A stretch of DNA of 63,397 nucleotides, counting the filler, from Gonapodya sp. JEL0774 (lineage: Eukaryota), in the NCBI GenBank assembly GCA_027604505.1. It is 2 parts of 2 records of this genome, joined end to end, with 100 filler letters (N's around TTAATTAATTAA, not from the genome) between each part and the next. Parts side by side here need not be neighbours in the genome. Positions count along the whole stretch, not along the records: positions 31,889 to 63,397 come from JADIIX010000199.1; 1 more part is not named here. One strand, 5' to 3'. Each line of letters opens with the position of its first letter. Positions within the stretch are counted from its first letter, which is position 1. Below the pieces are notes generated by a model, which was not told the origin of the DNA, did no database searches, and was given only the letters and a program-made list of their open reading frames with translations. Positions 48,629-62,824 of this stretch are shown here, piece by piece. The position numbers and the translations under genes are program-made.

Positions 48629-51600
48629 CTACAAACCTCTCGCCATGTTCCGATTGTAAGACGCAAGACCACTGGACCATACATATTTTGAGCGATCAAG
48701 CTCTGCGGGAAGCGCACGACGTGTGAGGAGGTACTTGATGGTCTGCATAATTGTACACATTCGGTTGTAGGAACATCTGATGCACGGTGACCACATGCGA
48801 AGCCGCATCCCCACCTTTGCCCACAAATCATGCGTTTCCCTCGAATCAGCTCGGAGCCTGAGACCTCCGCGCCCTGCCTCGATGGGGTGATCTACTGTTG
48901 ACAGCACGAGAATTGGCACTGACGTCGACCTGACCGACTCATCGCCACGATGTTTTTCCTTGGATGGTACCTCAGAGTAGACGGCCAAGATGGTTTCTGT
49001 GGAAAGTTTGCATGAAATTTTGAATTCAACAATATTAACAACGATACTCACCATCCTTGATCTCTTCGTCACTGAACTCGGCCTTGGTCTTATTCTTGCC
49101 CTTGCTCTCCTTGCCACGATTGTACATGAGCGTCATGGTTGCAATATCAATCCAGACAAATCGACGCTTGGTGCTTCCTCTAAGTGCTGCAAACAGCCCG
49201 CTCGAGGAAGTCATGAACTCCATGTACTCGCCTGCTGCAAGCATGTCGATTGCTTCGGCCAGATTCGAGCGAGAAGGTGGAGACGCTGGCGGAATTGGCA
49301 GTGGACTCCGGTAAGAGCCAGTTGAACGGACGGATAAGTCTGGGGACGGAGCTCGAGCTCTGGATGCAGAATCCGATAGTCCCAATTCACCGCGGAGCGA
49401 CATCTCCCTTACTACAGGTCCCACTACCATGGTCTCCTTTCTGTCAAGATTTTCGTGGAGAGATGAAGCTGCTGCGCCGTCCGCGTAGTATTCCGCACTG
49501 GAACGACGAGACCGGACGGGGAGACCATCAACAGAGGGAGCTTTGCGGATTGGAAGCTCATCGATTGCGCGACGATTGTAGACAGCGGAATTCCTACTCG
49601 CGCTACGTGGTGGTGGAATCGCAGGAGTAACTTGCACCGATTGTTCAGTTGGAGGCCCTCTAATACCCATTGCCGAGCGCATTAAATCAGAATTGCCGAT
49701 AAATATCGGGGAGCCTTGCCCCTGATCGGCTGCATCCACATCGCGGAGCGTGGCAGCCGATGGACCGTCGGGGATCATTGCCGAGCTTTCTTGCGGCCCC
49801 ACGTTCCGCTGCAGCATCATGACAAATAATATTAATGGCTGTAAAGACAATCAGTCATTGGACAAGAGAAGTGCACTCACAAGTGTCTGGTTGCCCACAA
49901 TGGGAGATTCGGGCTCCGAGTTCTCCACCCTTGAATGCCTGTTCCGCTCATTTTGGAGTTCCTTTATCAACTTTTCCTTTTCGGCGATCTCCGCCTCCAA
50001 GAGAGCGAGGCGCGAGAGGTGTGCGCTTTGTTGCAGTTCAAAGTCAGTCATCAGCTCTTCGGTTGATAGCGCAGCAGCAACAGCATCTGGTTGAGAGCCC
50101 ATCTCCGCGATCTCCACGGTAGCTTGAGATCCGAACGACACCATATCCGGTTTCGGATCACTGAGATTGTCTTGTGTGGTGGCGTCGTGCCGCTCGAAAT
50201 TTGGAGCCTACAAATGTCAATGGTTACCAAACGGGATAAGTGCTTCAATTATGACGGACGATTACGACTCCGATACGAACCGAAAGATCAGTTTGAGCCT
50301 CCATATTAACATTTGGGGTAATGTCTTTCAAGTCGGGAGAAGCAGAACGAGAGTCAGGACCTTCCTGCTCGTTGCTCGTTCCCAACCGAGGCCTTATGGG
50401 CCGATTCCTGCGGCCCTCCCGCAGGTTCTCAACTTCAACTCGGAGTCTCTCGTTCTCACGATGAGCCTCGTCAAGTTCCCTCCACTTAGCCGCCTCACTT
50501 CCTCCCCGTGCAGCGACCTCAGCAAGTCGCTGGAGTCGGACTTTCTCCTTTACGGACTCGTCAAGCTGCGCCTGCAGTTTCTGAATCTGCTCCAAAAGGT
50601 GAGCTGAACGGGCTGTGGGGGCAGCAGAACTTGGGGGCATGTTTCGGAAATCTTGCTGATTCACTTTTCCCTGAAGATCTTGAAGACGTTGCTCGTACAT
50701 GGCCGTCTGTGAAGCATGGGTCTGAGCTTGCTCATTCAATGTGCGATCTCTCGCGGCGACGGCTGCCTCGAGGTTTGCGACTGTCGCTTTGGCGGTTTCA
50801 AGCTGCTTCCCAAGTTGCAAAGCTTCCGATTCGGCCCTGGCCTTTTCCCGAGAGATTTCAGCAAGACGCTTCTCGTTCTCTGTGATATCTCGCTGTCGGG
50901 AAGCTGCGGCCATCTTTGACTCTTCCAGCTGACGCCGCAGATCTTCTTGATTCGTGTAGTTCTGCTGGAGAAAATAACGAGCCTGATCTGCTGCTTTCCA
51001 GCCTTCGCGTGCGGTTTCCAGGTCTGTGAGAAGAGATTCCGTTCGGGTGGATGATTCTGTGAGCTGACGATCCGAGATGACACGATGTGCTTCCAGTGTC
51101 TCAACCGCACGCAACAACGTATTCTTATCTGCTTCCAGCCTGTCAATTTGAACTTGCTTGTCGCGAACATCTCGCGATAAAGCGTCACGCTCTGTTCTCA
51201 AAACAGAAAGTTGGATCTCAAAGAACGATTGGTTTGACTGGATCTTCTCTAAATTAGTCAAGCTCTCCTGCAGCTTGCTTTCGAGCTCCGACACCTTCTC
51301 TGTCTGCGTTGCGAGGGATGTTTTGAGGCCAGCGATTTCTGATTGGGCCACAACCTTTGTTCTGGTATTCTCATCGACAGCAGCGGTAAGAGACGCTTTG
51401 AAGTTCGCCAATTCCGCCTCCGTAGCACCTTGCTTTTCTCTGGCAGCATCCAGTTGTGCAAGAATATCTTGCCACTTCGCTCTTTCCTCGAGAGTGGCAG
51501 CAAGTTTGGATTCGGCAACCTCTGCTGACCGCTCCGCGTCTTGTTTCGCGATATCCAAGGTGGCGAGCGCCTCTTCCAATGCAGTCTTCTCTGCGCTGAG

Positions 51601-54600
51601 CTCCAAGAGTTGCAGATCCTTGCCGCGGGTTGTCGCCAAAAGGGCGTCGCGCTCCGACCGAAGACTCTCGTTCGAACTTTGGAGTTCCGAGAATGACGAT
51701 CGCAAAGTGAAGATCTGCTCTTGAGCCTCGCGGAGCTTGCTCTCCAATTCCAATGCACCAGCCTTCTCCTCTGCCAGAGCATCCACCAATTCTTGAACTT
51801 CTATCCGGGCCTTTTCTAGATCCTTTGCTCTATCAGCGTTATCCTTTTCCAGAGATAAAACCAGACGCTCCTTCTCAGCAACAGCGTTGCCCAGCATTGC
51901 TAGACGTACAAGTTCGCCCGCTTGCAGTTCCATTGCAGTGGCCTGCTCCTTAGAGGATCGTTCAAGTTTTTCCCGTCTACTCCTTTCATCCTCCAATTCT
52001 ACGGTGAGTTGCTTCAACTGGGATCCGTGATCGCTCAAATTGCGCTGACTAGTGGTGAAATCGTTCTCCATAGCATCCAGACGCTGTTGTCGATGGGCCA
52101 GCTCCAGTTCTAGAGCAGCGAGCTTCTCAAGGGACCGTGTTTGGGTGGCGATGGTCTCCAATTGTTGCTCCACCGTGGCATTCAAAGCCGCGATCCGGTC
52201 GAATGCCGATTGGGCAGACGCATCCCTTTCCCTCAAAAATGTCTCCAATTCACCAATACGAGCGTCTTTGCTCGGACCTACTTCCTGCAACACGACAACC
52301 CTCTGCCGTAAATCGTCCAACTCCCTGGCATGGGCAGAAAGGGACTCCGCTAAGCTTGCAACCTCTTTATCACGGACATCCAATTTGTTGGACTTCTCCG
52401 CGAGCTCAATGTTACGCCGAGCAAGGTCGGATCGAAGAGCAATGCCAAGCGGGGTTTCGCGCTCAATGGTCTCACGAAGAGTCTGAATTATCGCGTCCTT
52501 TTCCAAAGCGGCAGCCTCGCTACTAGCAAGCCTCTCTTTTGCGACAGCGACCGCCGACTCGAGATTATCGATCAAACCCTGTAAAAGAGCAGGTAGGTTG
52601 AGTACGACTGATCGCAACTCTGTAGAGCAGAATCTTTATCGTACCTGCATATTGTTGATTGTCGTGGATTGCGAAGCAATAGTCGCTTGAAGAGCAGCTA
52701 CAGTATCAAGTTGTTCCGCAAGTTTCTGTGAATTATCTGCAAGGTCAGCGGTGACACCGTCAAGTTTCACTTGCAAGGCTATAGATATTAAGAAATTTCA
52801 ATTAGAACACCGTTCTCAACATTGCAATCGGATTACATTTAAGGCAGCAGACCGCTTACCTAGTTCTTTTTGGGCACTTTCCTCGAGGTCTCCTCTGAGT
52901 TTATCGATCAATGCCTCACGTTGGATACCCTTGGCTTCCTCCTCTCTCATCTTCCTGTCAGATTCCTCAACCACCCGCTCAAGTCTGACAACTACAAGTC
53001 TTGTTTCCTCCATCGCCTTGGCTTGCGCTCCAACTGTCGCCCGTAGCGCCAACAAATCGTCCTCACGCTGCGCCATAATCACCTCCTTCGCTTGAAGCTC
53101 GTCCCTCAAACGGTCGATTTCCGCCTCACGATCATTGCTCTCATAGCTCTGCCTGTCCAACGTCGCTCGGAGAGTTGCCATCACAAGGTGGCGCTCTCGT
53201 CCCGAATCTTCCTCCCGCCTGAGGCGATCCTCCAGCTCATTCATGAGCGCAGTGCGAGCTTCCTCTGCCTCATCCATTACCGATATTCGCTGAGCGAGGA
53301 CAGCCATTTCCCCTTCTGCTGCAGCTTTCCCTTCTAGGGCTTCTTGGAGGGCGCTTTGAAGTTCCAAGAATTTTTTATCTTTCTCTTGAATAGCGGACTT
53401 CATCGTCACGAGATCAGCCTCAAGCTGTTGCACCTTCGCTAAACTCGCTTCAAACTGGAAGCGAGCATTTTCCGCCACTTGATGGGCTTCATTGAGATCC
53501 CTCATCTTGTCCGCCTCCAATCCAGCAGCAGCAGCTACCGCGGATGCGAGAGCTGCCTCTACCTCCCTTGCCTTGACCGCTCTTTCGTCTGCGACTTTTT
53601 CGAGTTCGGAAAGTTTGCCTGCAAGCACTTCGATCCGCTCTGTCATTGTCCCAACCACGCCTCGGTAACCATCCCTCTCCTCCTCTACTCTTCTCATCGC
53701 CTCAGCGAACTCCGCTTGATTCCTTTCACCCTCGGCCATTTCCTCTTTCAACTGGGCCAACTTCTTCTCAAGCTCAGCGCGTGCTTCTCCCTGCTCCGCC
53801 GCATCGCGAGCAGCCCTTTCAGCTTCCACGCGGTGAGCTTCCGCTCTCTCGCTTGCATCTTTCAAACCCCGCTCGGCCATCGCACGTCCAGCTCTTGCAG
53901 CTTCGTGCTCAGCGGCAACGGCAGCGGCATTCGCCTCCATCTCGGCAACTTTGGCTTGTTCAGTGTCCAGCTTTTGCGCCACGATACTCGACATAGCCTC
54001 TGCTTCAGCTCTGGCTCTCTCCATACGCTCGCGCTCCGCGTTCGCGATTTCCAGCTCGGCGGCCTTAGTGTCCCTTTCTGCTTCAGCGGCTGTCCTCTCT
54101 GCTTCAAGTGTCTCAATTTGCAAGCCCCGTTTTTCCACCTCGGCAGTGGCCTTTGCAAGATCCGCTTCAGCCTTCGCAACCGCGGCCTTGAGCTCCTCTG
54201 CCTCCTCCTTTTTCGATGCTAACCGCATTGTCAACGCCGCAACTTCCAGTCGCAACGTGCGACTGATCGAGTCTGCTTCGGATTTTTGATCCTCTAGTGA
54301 AGTTAACTTCACTCGCATCTGTGCAGACTCCACTTCCAAAGCACGACGATCTTCAGCCCGTGCAAGCGTATCTCGCTCTAGAGCCTCAAGGCGCTTCCTC
54401 AATTCAATCTCGTGTCGCTTGGCGTCCCCGAGCTGAAGCTCCAAAACGTCCCGGTCGGATTCCGAACTGGCCAGACGTGTTAAGGTTGTCGTTAGCTGTT
54501 CGTCCAGGTCTTCAACAAGACGAAGAAGATGAGTGAGTCGGTCATCACGACGAGACAAGCTGAGTTTCGGTGGTAAAACGAGGGGAGGTGAGAGCCTATT

Positions 54601-57595
54601 CACAATTAACAGGATTTGGTGGCACATCGAAGCTTACTCACACTTCTCTGAGCCCATCCATACCCCGTCCAACGCCCCCTTCAGTAGCATCACTTCCCAA
54701 TCCACTCAAACCACTTAAGCCACTCTCCATACTGCCCCTGCTACTTTGTGTATCGCTACGTCTCAAGTTCCCGCCCGGCGATAACCACGAGCGCACTGCA
54801 CCAGCATCACGAAAATCCACGGGGTTGGGATAAGGCGATGCAAGACTTGAAGAAAGGCTGTGAAGACTCGCAGCGCTGGCCAGGCTAGACCGCTCGGGAC
54901 TCCTCGATCGACCACCGTAACTACCAAGTGGTGGAGGGTAGCTCGAACGGTCCCCGCTTCCTCTTCGACCTGTCCTTCCATGCTGTGCCTGTCGCCCGGT
55001 CTCCAGCGCCCTCGGATCTTCTCTCAGCAATCTGGCGTCCGGGTGTAACTCGTTGGCACCAACTGCGACACTGGGTACTGGAACAGCTGCGCTCCTAGGC
55101 GGAGATCTAGTGGGCACGATACCGACACTCGACAAATATGACAGTGGTATCGCGGAGGCTGCAGCGTACTGTGCATTGTGGACCGAAGAGTAATCCGGCG
55201 ACCGTACGTTGATCCTCGGTGCGCCTCCTGGAACTGGTGCGGACGGAGGTCTTGACATGCTAGAGGCCGCAGAAACACCCGCATGGGGAGTTGTGGGACT
55301 CGGAGGCCTGAGCGGACTTGGAGATCTTGGGCTCGTAGGGCTCATTGGAGTTTGGAAACCAAAAGCAAATTGCGGAAGCTGAAATCGGGGCAGATCGTCC
55401 AGATCTGAGCCAGCCGAGCTGATCGAGTCCCGATCAGAATTACCCGAATGGTATTGAGGAGAAAGGGCGCGGGCGGAAAAGGATGATACCGAGGCGGACC
55501 GGGCAGTCGTGTAAGCCGAAGGGGAGGTCGGACCAGACGTTGAGCCAGCAGCCGAAGTTGTAGGAGAAGAAGGGCGAGAAGAGGTACGAGGTGGATGATG
55601 GGTAGTAGGAGAGGAAGTGAGGGGTGGAGCTGAAGGAATGTACAGTGTAAGCACATGTGGAATGCGAAGACACCCGTCATAAAAGATATGAAAGTGATTA
55701 ATTGAGGCTATTGCAAATTCTCTCATGTATGTGCTCATTGGAGGTTCAGGCAAGAACGCCACACCAAGGACTGGTTGCGCCACTCGAGACCACACAATTG
55801 AGTGCTCTCCAATCCGGAAAATGCGTACAGCACCAAAACTTCCCCAAAAAATATCACAAAAACACCTTACAACGAAAGATCGAAAACTCCGAGGCCCACA
55901 TTCCAACGATCCGCTCCCCGGAATAATACGCCAATGACTGCCAACCACATGCTATTCTGATAGCTCACCTTCCATAACCGGTACACCTCGAACCTGTCCC
56001 ACATGTTCTACTCCTCCAGAGTTTCTGTAACCTTGTCCAGTAACCGAGCCTCCAACGGAAATAGATGCGGCGGAAGATGTCACGTAACCACCCGGAATTC
56101 GAGGGCTTGAGATAGAAGGCGACGTTGGATATCCAGTTGATGTAAGCGAGGATCGGCGCGGTGGGGGCTGAAATCGCAGTTTTGTTACGGGGAGGGAACG
56201 ACAAGGTTGGTTTGGGTTTGGGAGATGAACAACTGTCAGTGATTCAGCTAGCTGGCGGACCACATAACAACAGGCAGTCCTCCACGTAATCTGACTCTAG
56301 ATCGAGACAGAATAGGATTTTGAGCGCTCCTGGATTTGAGTGCCATTCGGTAACCGACTTTCCCATTTAGGAATGATAAACACGCCAACAAACTTTACAA
56401 CCCCAAAACCCCAAGCACAGTCAAAAAATAGCACCTTCACCCATTCAAATGAATCTCAAACGTATTGATCTGGCTCGAATCCGATCCATTGCAGCCTCAT
56501 GAAGGATTCCCAGAGATATCAGCCACTTACCTCATCCCAACCCGTCCCACTCCTACCCCTAGCAACGCTGCCCTCTCCTTCACTTTCACTTCCTCCATCT
56601 AGAAAGCTGGAAATACCACCAGGACCAGTCCCGATACTCATCAACTCGTCTTGCTCTCTCACACCAGAGTTATGCCGTGAGGCCCAGTTAGGGGCTGTTG
56701 GAGATCGCGCTCGGGGATATGGGCCGGCACCCGGAGAGCCTGTCGGGGAGCGAGGCGGGGGGAACACGAGAGGCGCGGGGGGCATGGTGGGCGTTCGAGG
56801 TCCTGGGCCGGTATGGGTGCGGTCAGAGTATGTCGAAGTCGGTCGCGGGGATGATGAGCTGGAGGAGGAGGACGGGGGACGAGGTCCTAGCAGTAGAGAT
56901 GCCGGGTATGGACGTTGATATGGTGGGAATGGACGAGCGTGGGTCAGCCAGACCGGAATTTCAGGAGATCGGAAGAAGCTCAACGGTCTCGCTTGCATCC
57001 AACGGACCATGTACATCCACCTCATATCACGCAACTTCCTATTTAGAATTGAGCGACCCACGGTACGATCTCCAATACTCCGAATTATCGATCAAAGCAG
57101 ACAGCGAAATGACCACCTTAAAAAAGATGGTGGTGTGCACAGATGGGCGGCCTCCGTTTCATGGGCTTATGTCACGTTCCAGAAAGCTCTCGATTTCAAA
57201 TTTCATGTGTTCATCACATGTTTCACAGCACTCCCAGGGGAGGTGACCTGTTGCTCCCAACACTCACCAGACCCACTCCCCGACCCGTGCAACCCCGTCC
57301 CGCCAAATTGGCCCGTCTCAGACGCAGATAGCCGTTGAACAAAGTCGCTCAAAGTCCATCTCGAGTCCCTTTGCTGTGTACTTTGTAGCCCTACAATCGT
57401 GTGAGGTGGAGACGGGGAGATGGTCGTAGAGGTGAGCGAGGCGGCAAGTGACCGCGTGGGCGTTGAGAATGAGGATTGCATGGATGCCGATGTGTGCGCC
57501 GAGGTTGATGGGGCAAATGAGGAACCAGTGAGGGACGACAAGGGGATTGGAACCACTGGTGATGACGAGGTCGATGCGTGGTCGAATTGCTCCAT
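48629..57595 (-). CDS. Large coiled-coil protein with S/P-rich N-terminus and C-terminal PH domain (Num1/Mcp5/ApsA-type), multi-exon
   Basis: Exons 57203-57595, 56530-56890, 55970-56170 and 54640-55630 are S/P-rich; 52860-54596 and 50300-52580 are heptad coiled coil. PH-like C-terminus AIDMLAAGEYM...KRRFVWIDIATMTLMY...LRADSRETHDLWAK|TIKYLL. The true start may lie further upstream, and the 3' end may extend to ~48526. Confidence 0.7.
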
Positions 57596-60500
57596 ATCAC
57601 CATCAAGGGAGTGAAATGCCGAGGTGGAAGCGGAAGCAGATTCCGTGTCGGAATCATCACGAGTTGACGGTGGGTCTGGGATTGAAATGGCAAATTAGAC
57701 AAGGCTGGTTGTACACGCAGCGCAAATTACAAGACAAGTATAGCTCTCCAGAGAACAGGACGAGTTGAGCTTTCAGCAGTATGTATGCTTTCCGCTCGGA
57801 CAGCACGGTTCGGAAGTTTTGACTGCGGAAACTCGACCATACCGCCCTCTCGTTCAGCCAGCGACCCAACAGGCAGTGAGATGCAAACTCAAATCTATCT
57901 TGCAAAAATCAGAGCACGCATGGACTGAAGATTTTTCGGATTATGGTCTTAGTGTCTGAGGGCCACCCTCGTGTGTCACCGATCGCATCGAACACAAAGT
58001 CCACGCATAAGCGGCCTTCCAGACCACGTGGTGCTGCCTCGCACGCATGATTCCATCCTCAACCTCGTTGAATGTCGGTTGCGGCTCCTCGTTCCATTCC
58101 GTCCATGTTTCTGTGCCCACTGGAAACGAAAACCAGTTTGCTGTCCTCGGCGCCGACGCATCCCCTGCTACCACCGACGACCATTTCCGATATCTCCGCT
58201 TCGATTTCCAAACCACTGTGGCAGGCTGACTGCCAGAAAATACTCACAACCCCCGCCCCGTCGTCCAGCCATCCTTTGCTAATGAGCTTTTTCTCTGACT
58301 CGATACCTCCACCCTTCAATGGTCGCTTGTGGTTTTCCCGCTGTCGTTTCCGTTCTCAATCGTCACCTTCTTCCTCCAAACGTTCGGTTGTATTGCTTTT
58401 CCGAGGTGGGTTTGTGCTAACGTCCTTTTTTTTTTGTTGTGAGGCGGAACACGGCATGAGGGCAAGAAGATCTGCGCCACTTGCCTTCGACTACTCGGCT
58501 TTCAACTCCATATGAAGAGTTTGCTCAGATGCTGGTTACTGTAACAGCAAGGCCTTCATTTCTCGTGCATGTACGTAGTTGAATCACCCAGAGCGCGAAA
58601 TATTCAAAATTCACTCGGTAGTACGAGCAGCGCACTCCCTCCGGCCAGCTCCTCCCAAATAGGCGCCTGAAAAGCTTTGGTTGATTACAGCAACATTCGC
58701 CCCCGAATCAGCCGAATAGAAAAACCGTTGCCACAAAGGACCATATGTGCCCTGGCATGGATCGATGCGGCAGCCGATGACCCAATAATATCACTCAACC
58801 ACCATAAACATAGCTCGGCTCACTTATTGCGGAGCTTCGTGGAACCACATTGCCACGTTCCGGAAGAACGCTAAAGAGGAAACCCTTCCTAGCATGAGTG
58901 ATATGTGCAGGCTCCGGCTGGAATCCAGCATTATGTGGATGTCATGACTTGGCACGAGAGCTTCACATGAGCCATTTGCAGCGCGCGATCGTCAAGTTGC
59001 ACTTTACTTCTCTCAATGGGATTTGAACTATTGGACTCGCAATTCTAGAGACGCTCATGCCAACGCGAGCATGTACCGTCTGTTCCGAATGCCGTCTAAG
59101 TCCAGCTGGAATCTAGCAAATGCTATGTGCTCACTCCAAGACAATCCACCGAAAGCAAATTATTTTACACCGCGAAACGAATTGAAGGACGACAATTGGT
59201 GGATCTAGTTATGAACTAACAGATTGTCTCCGCGAGAGAATGGCGCTCTATTCACCGTCCGTGCTTGTATTGTTTCGAACGAGAACGCAAGCTCCTCCGA
59301 TCGCACCTGACACGCAGCTTATTACACAGCCCCAGGATAGTTTGCTTTTGGTGTGGAAATAACCTCCGGGGGTTCTCCCGGACCTGCCTCTCTCGAAAAA
59401 CGAAACTGTGTCGATTTCGTCTTTGTTTAGTATGTAAACGAACCACACCAACCACGTCGATCGGCGAGGGTTTTGGGTCTGACATAGTGTCTACGCGACA
59501 CTAAATCTACACAGTCGGTGAATGCGGGGAATCCCAAGTAGTAAGCTTGGTGAGTTATCATTGTCCTCTAAGTCCGCCTTCAATCATTCACGGGCGCAGG
59601 TCGACTTCTCCTCGCCACCATGGCCGATGAAACAGCGCAGATCGGGTTAGGGTTAGCTGCAAGGTCTGTTGTTCTGCGCTAGCCTGAGTCACCATGTCGA
59701 TTACAACCACAGACAGCACTCCAAAAGCGTTGTTCTTCTTCTCCCACATCACATGTGTGCAACAGCAACACGACTACAACTCGGATACACAGAAGCACCA
59801 GGACGCTCCCTGTGTTTCCTGCCTTCATCGTGGAAAACGTGAGCGACTCCTTTCCAACTCCCACAGTTTAGTCAAAACCATCCAATTTACAGTCCCCCAA
59901 AAATGCCGCGGAAAGGATAAACCTACGTCCCGAAACAAGAAGAATACACAACTTCGATCCAGATTGCAGAGTTTCCGGAGTTCCACCCTCCAAGCGCACT
60001 CGTCGAGATCCCTCACGCTATTGTGAGCAATGCGGCTGTCATTAAACAAGTTTGCTCCGTACCAATTACTTCACTCATTTGTAGATCTCGTATGTAGCGA
60101 CCTCCTTCGATAGTCTTCTCTGCGTTTGCGAGGCCCTCAACCTGTCCTCCAAGAAAGTTTGAGCCAAACTCAGTTTGGCGCTGTCCCCGACAAGTGTTCA
60201 GGCCAACTTTCCACAATGCAAGCAACTCCACGTTTGCGATTAACCTTTGTCGAAGTCGTCTAACTTGGAGATGCTCTCTTGTCGGCGCTCCATATTCACT
60301 CCGGCGGCAATCGGCAGACGGCTGTTGAAAGGCTCTTACTATCAACTTATTGCTCGGCCGCTGTGCAGCTCGCCGACGATATTGAGAATGCTCTCTTGTC
60401 CAATTCAGCTTCCGGTGAGGATCAGTTCCTTCATTCCAGCTAGTTATGACTCGGAGAACGTTATACGGGAACTTGGAGCCTCACAGGAGCTTATCTGATC

Positions 60501-60645
60501 TGACTAGTCCTCATTTCGCTGGTTGCTTAATGCTGAATGTTCCGTATGCATGTTATTGAATACAGTTTGAGTTCGAGCTGGATGACAAGTGGTGCACACC
60601 CCTCGCCCCACATCCGCCAAGCACTCAGGCACCATCATCCCATCG

Positions 60646-62824
60646 ATGAAGGCAAACGCCCGCGTTTCAAGGCTGCATACTCGTTTACTTGTTCAAGCAC
60701 TTGTATTCTCATTGTCTTTGCCGACGGCTTTCGCTCATGGGGGTTCATCCGAGGACGATGACACGCCTCCACTTCTAATCGCTCACTCGCTGATACAAGG
60801 ACCAACTTTTCTCCTTCTTCTCCCACTACTGGCGGCCCTAGGCATCGCTAGGAGCCGCTTTCATGTACCCTTGGCTGTCGTGTCGGTTTTGATCGCCGTG
60901 GGGGGATTTATTCTCGGACACGCACATGAAACGTACGACCATCATAGGCAGGACACTGACGGCGATGGGGGAACTGGCGCAGATGATACGCCGTCGGCAC
61001 ATGAGAGCTTTGCGTGGCCATTGATGGCGATGGTGGTGGTGCAGGGGCTTCTCGGCCTCTGTCTGCGACTGCATTTGGAGAGCAAGTACTCTTGGGCGGC
61101 ATCTCTGCGACCAGCAATGCGCAAAACACATTCCATGCTTGGCACTGTCATGATTCCTGTGGCGGGTTTCTTGCAGTGCGCATTAGGAGCCATTGCTTGG
61201 GGGGGACTCTGTGGGCCGGAAGAGCTTTATCAATGCCTTGCGGTAAGTCGCGCAATGATTCACTACAGTGAATTCATGACATTGAACTGAGTTTCTTGTC
61301 GCCACATAGCATCACATTATGGGGTCTGCGTTTGTAATATATGGCTTCGTACTCCTATCTATGGCGAAACTTGGTGGGGTGTCATGGCTAGCGCGCAAAG
61401 GATGGAGCCCGGAACTCATTGACGGCTCAGTACGTTAATCTGTTAATCTGACGATGGGATGCCCTCCTTCGTGATTAACATTCAATTGATCGAAAATACT
61501 GTTCAGGTCATCTTTATATGGGGCGTCATAAACGTGAGTGTTCGAAACAATCGTGGTCATTCTCCGGGGACGTTTGCTGACATCTGTGCACCAAGACTTT
61601 TGCCCTTCATCGCGGGGGACCTTGGGTGAGGGAGAGGAAACGTCAACTGTTGCCGAACCAATCGAAAATTCATTGAAAACAACGTTTATTCAACCAAAGA
61701 CCCACAAAGATTTGCAACATGTCTCTCTCGGCCTGCTTTGGGTGTTTGGTGGTTCTCTTGCTGTGTTTCTTGCATGGCCTGTTGCGGGGTCCCCACCCAG
61801 GCGCAACGTCCTACCGGCACTGGTCATTGCGATCACTGGGTGGGGTATGGGCGAACATGGCCAAGCAAATGTGAGAAATTTCGAACAAGTTTCTTTGTAC
61901 GAGCCTTCGTACCATTTTCTTCGACCTGCAGGAAATGTCGGCCCGTGTGCACACAACGTTTGGTCACACCCTATTTGCCGCTGGAGTTGCTCGCGGCCTG
62001 GAAGTTTGCTTCATTGTGAAGGATACATTGCCTGAGAGAGCAGTTGTAGTCTCACAAAACCAACAACAAGGTCAAGCGAATCAAAATTCTTTGGAACGGC
62101 CTAGTGCGATTCACCCGTTTCAATACTTGTGGGTTGCTTTGACTGGTTTCTTCGTTTCACCAAGTTCGTTTCTTGTTCTCTTATCAGTGTGTAAATTGCG
62201 TATAAGCCCTACCATTTTTCTCGTTTCTGCGGGCGTCCTCTTTGCCAGCGCAACTGATGAAGAGATTCGATGGGGTAACGCACAAGGTTTGTAGCGCTTC
62301 ACGCGTTCCCAAGCCCCAACATATGGCAGTCTCTGTAGCTCATCCATTCATCAATTGTTACGGCTTGTTCAACATCAATTTGTGGTCACCCACTCCCGGA
62401 AAATTGAATTCCATTTCGTCGCGCTCAGGAATTGATCCAGTAACCTGGTGTTTGGTCGGGTTTTCTGTTGCTTTTATGATTGTATTGTGGTTCAAGTAAG
62501 TTTCCCGTTTTCCCTACATTGGTGGGGTTCTTGATCTCTCAGCATTCGGAATATCCCATAACTGCCTCCACCCTCCAAATTCAACCCAGTATTCTTCTCG
62601 ATATCTACAAACGCGTATCGTCCGCGTCCTTGAAGCCTTCAGAGTTGGAGGATTCATTTTCTCTCCTTCCTCGTGGCGAGTACGAGCCATTATCAGGTGC
62701 CGTCGATACTGATCGCGAAGCAGAGGATGAATATGAGAATGAAGAAGATGAAACTAAGGCGGGAGGTGGTAACGACATGGATCAGGACCAAAGAGGAAGT
62801 CGGGCCACTGGAGATGGACGTTAA
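60646..62824 (+). CDS. YTP1: Ytp1-like multi-pass membrane protein, multi-exon
   Basis: Signal peptide ending AFAHGG; RSRFHVPL, LGHAH, QCLAHHIMGSAFVIYG, SPELIDG.VIFIWG, HKDLQHVSLGLLW..GG, RRNVLPALVI..TGWGM..H.Q and VHTTFG are hallmarks of the fungal Ytp1 family. Confidence 0.85.

Noticed and set aside
15714..57595. Functional clustering of dynein with the Num1-like gene
   Set aside because: Num1 partners dynein-1 rather than dynein-2, and the genes are separated by an artificial gap.
57650..60500. Short ORFs on both strands (e.g. 57941-58319 and 60013-60345 on minus)
   Set aside because: No recognisable motifs or coherent splice model; may be upstream exons, UTR or intergenic sequence.
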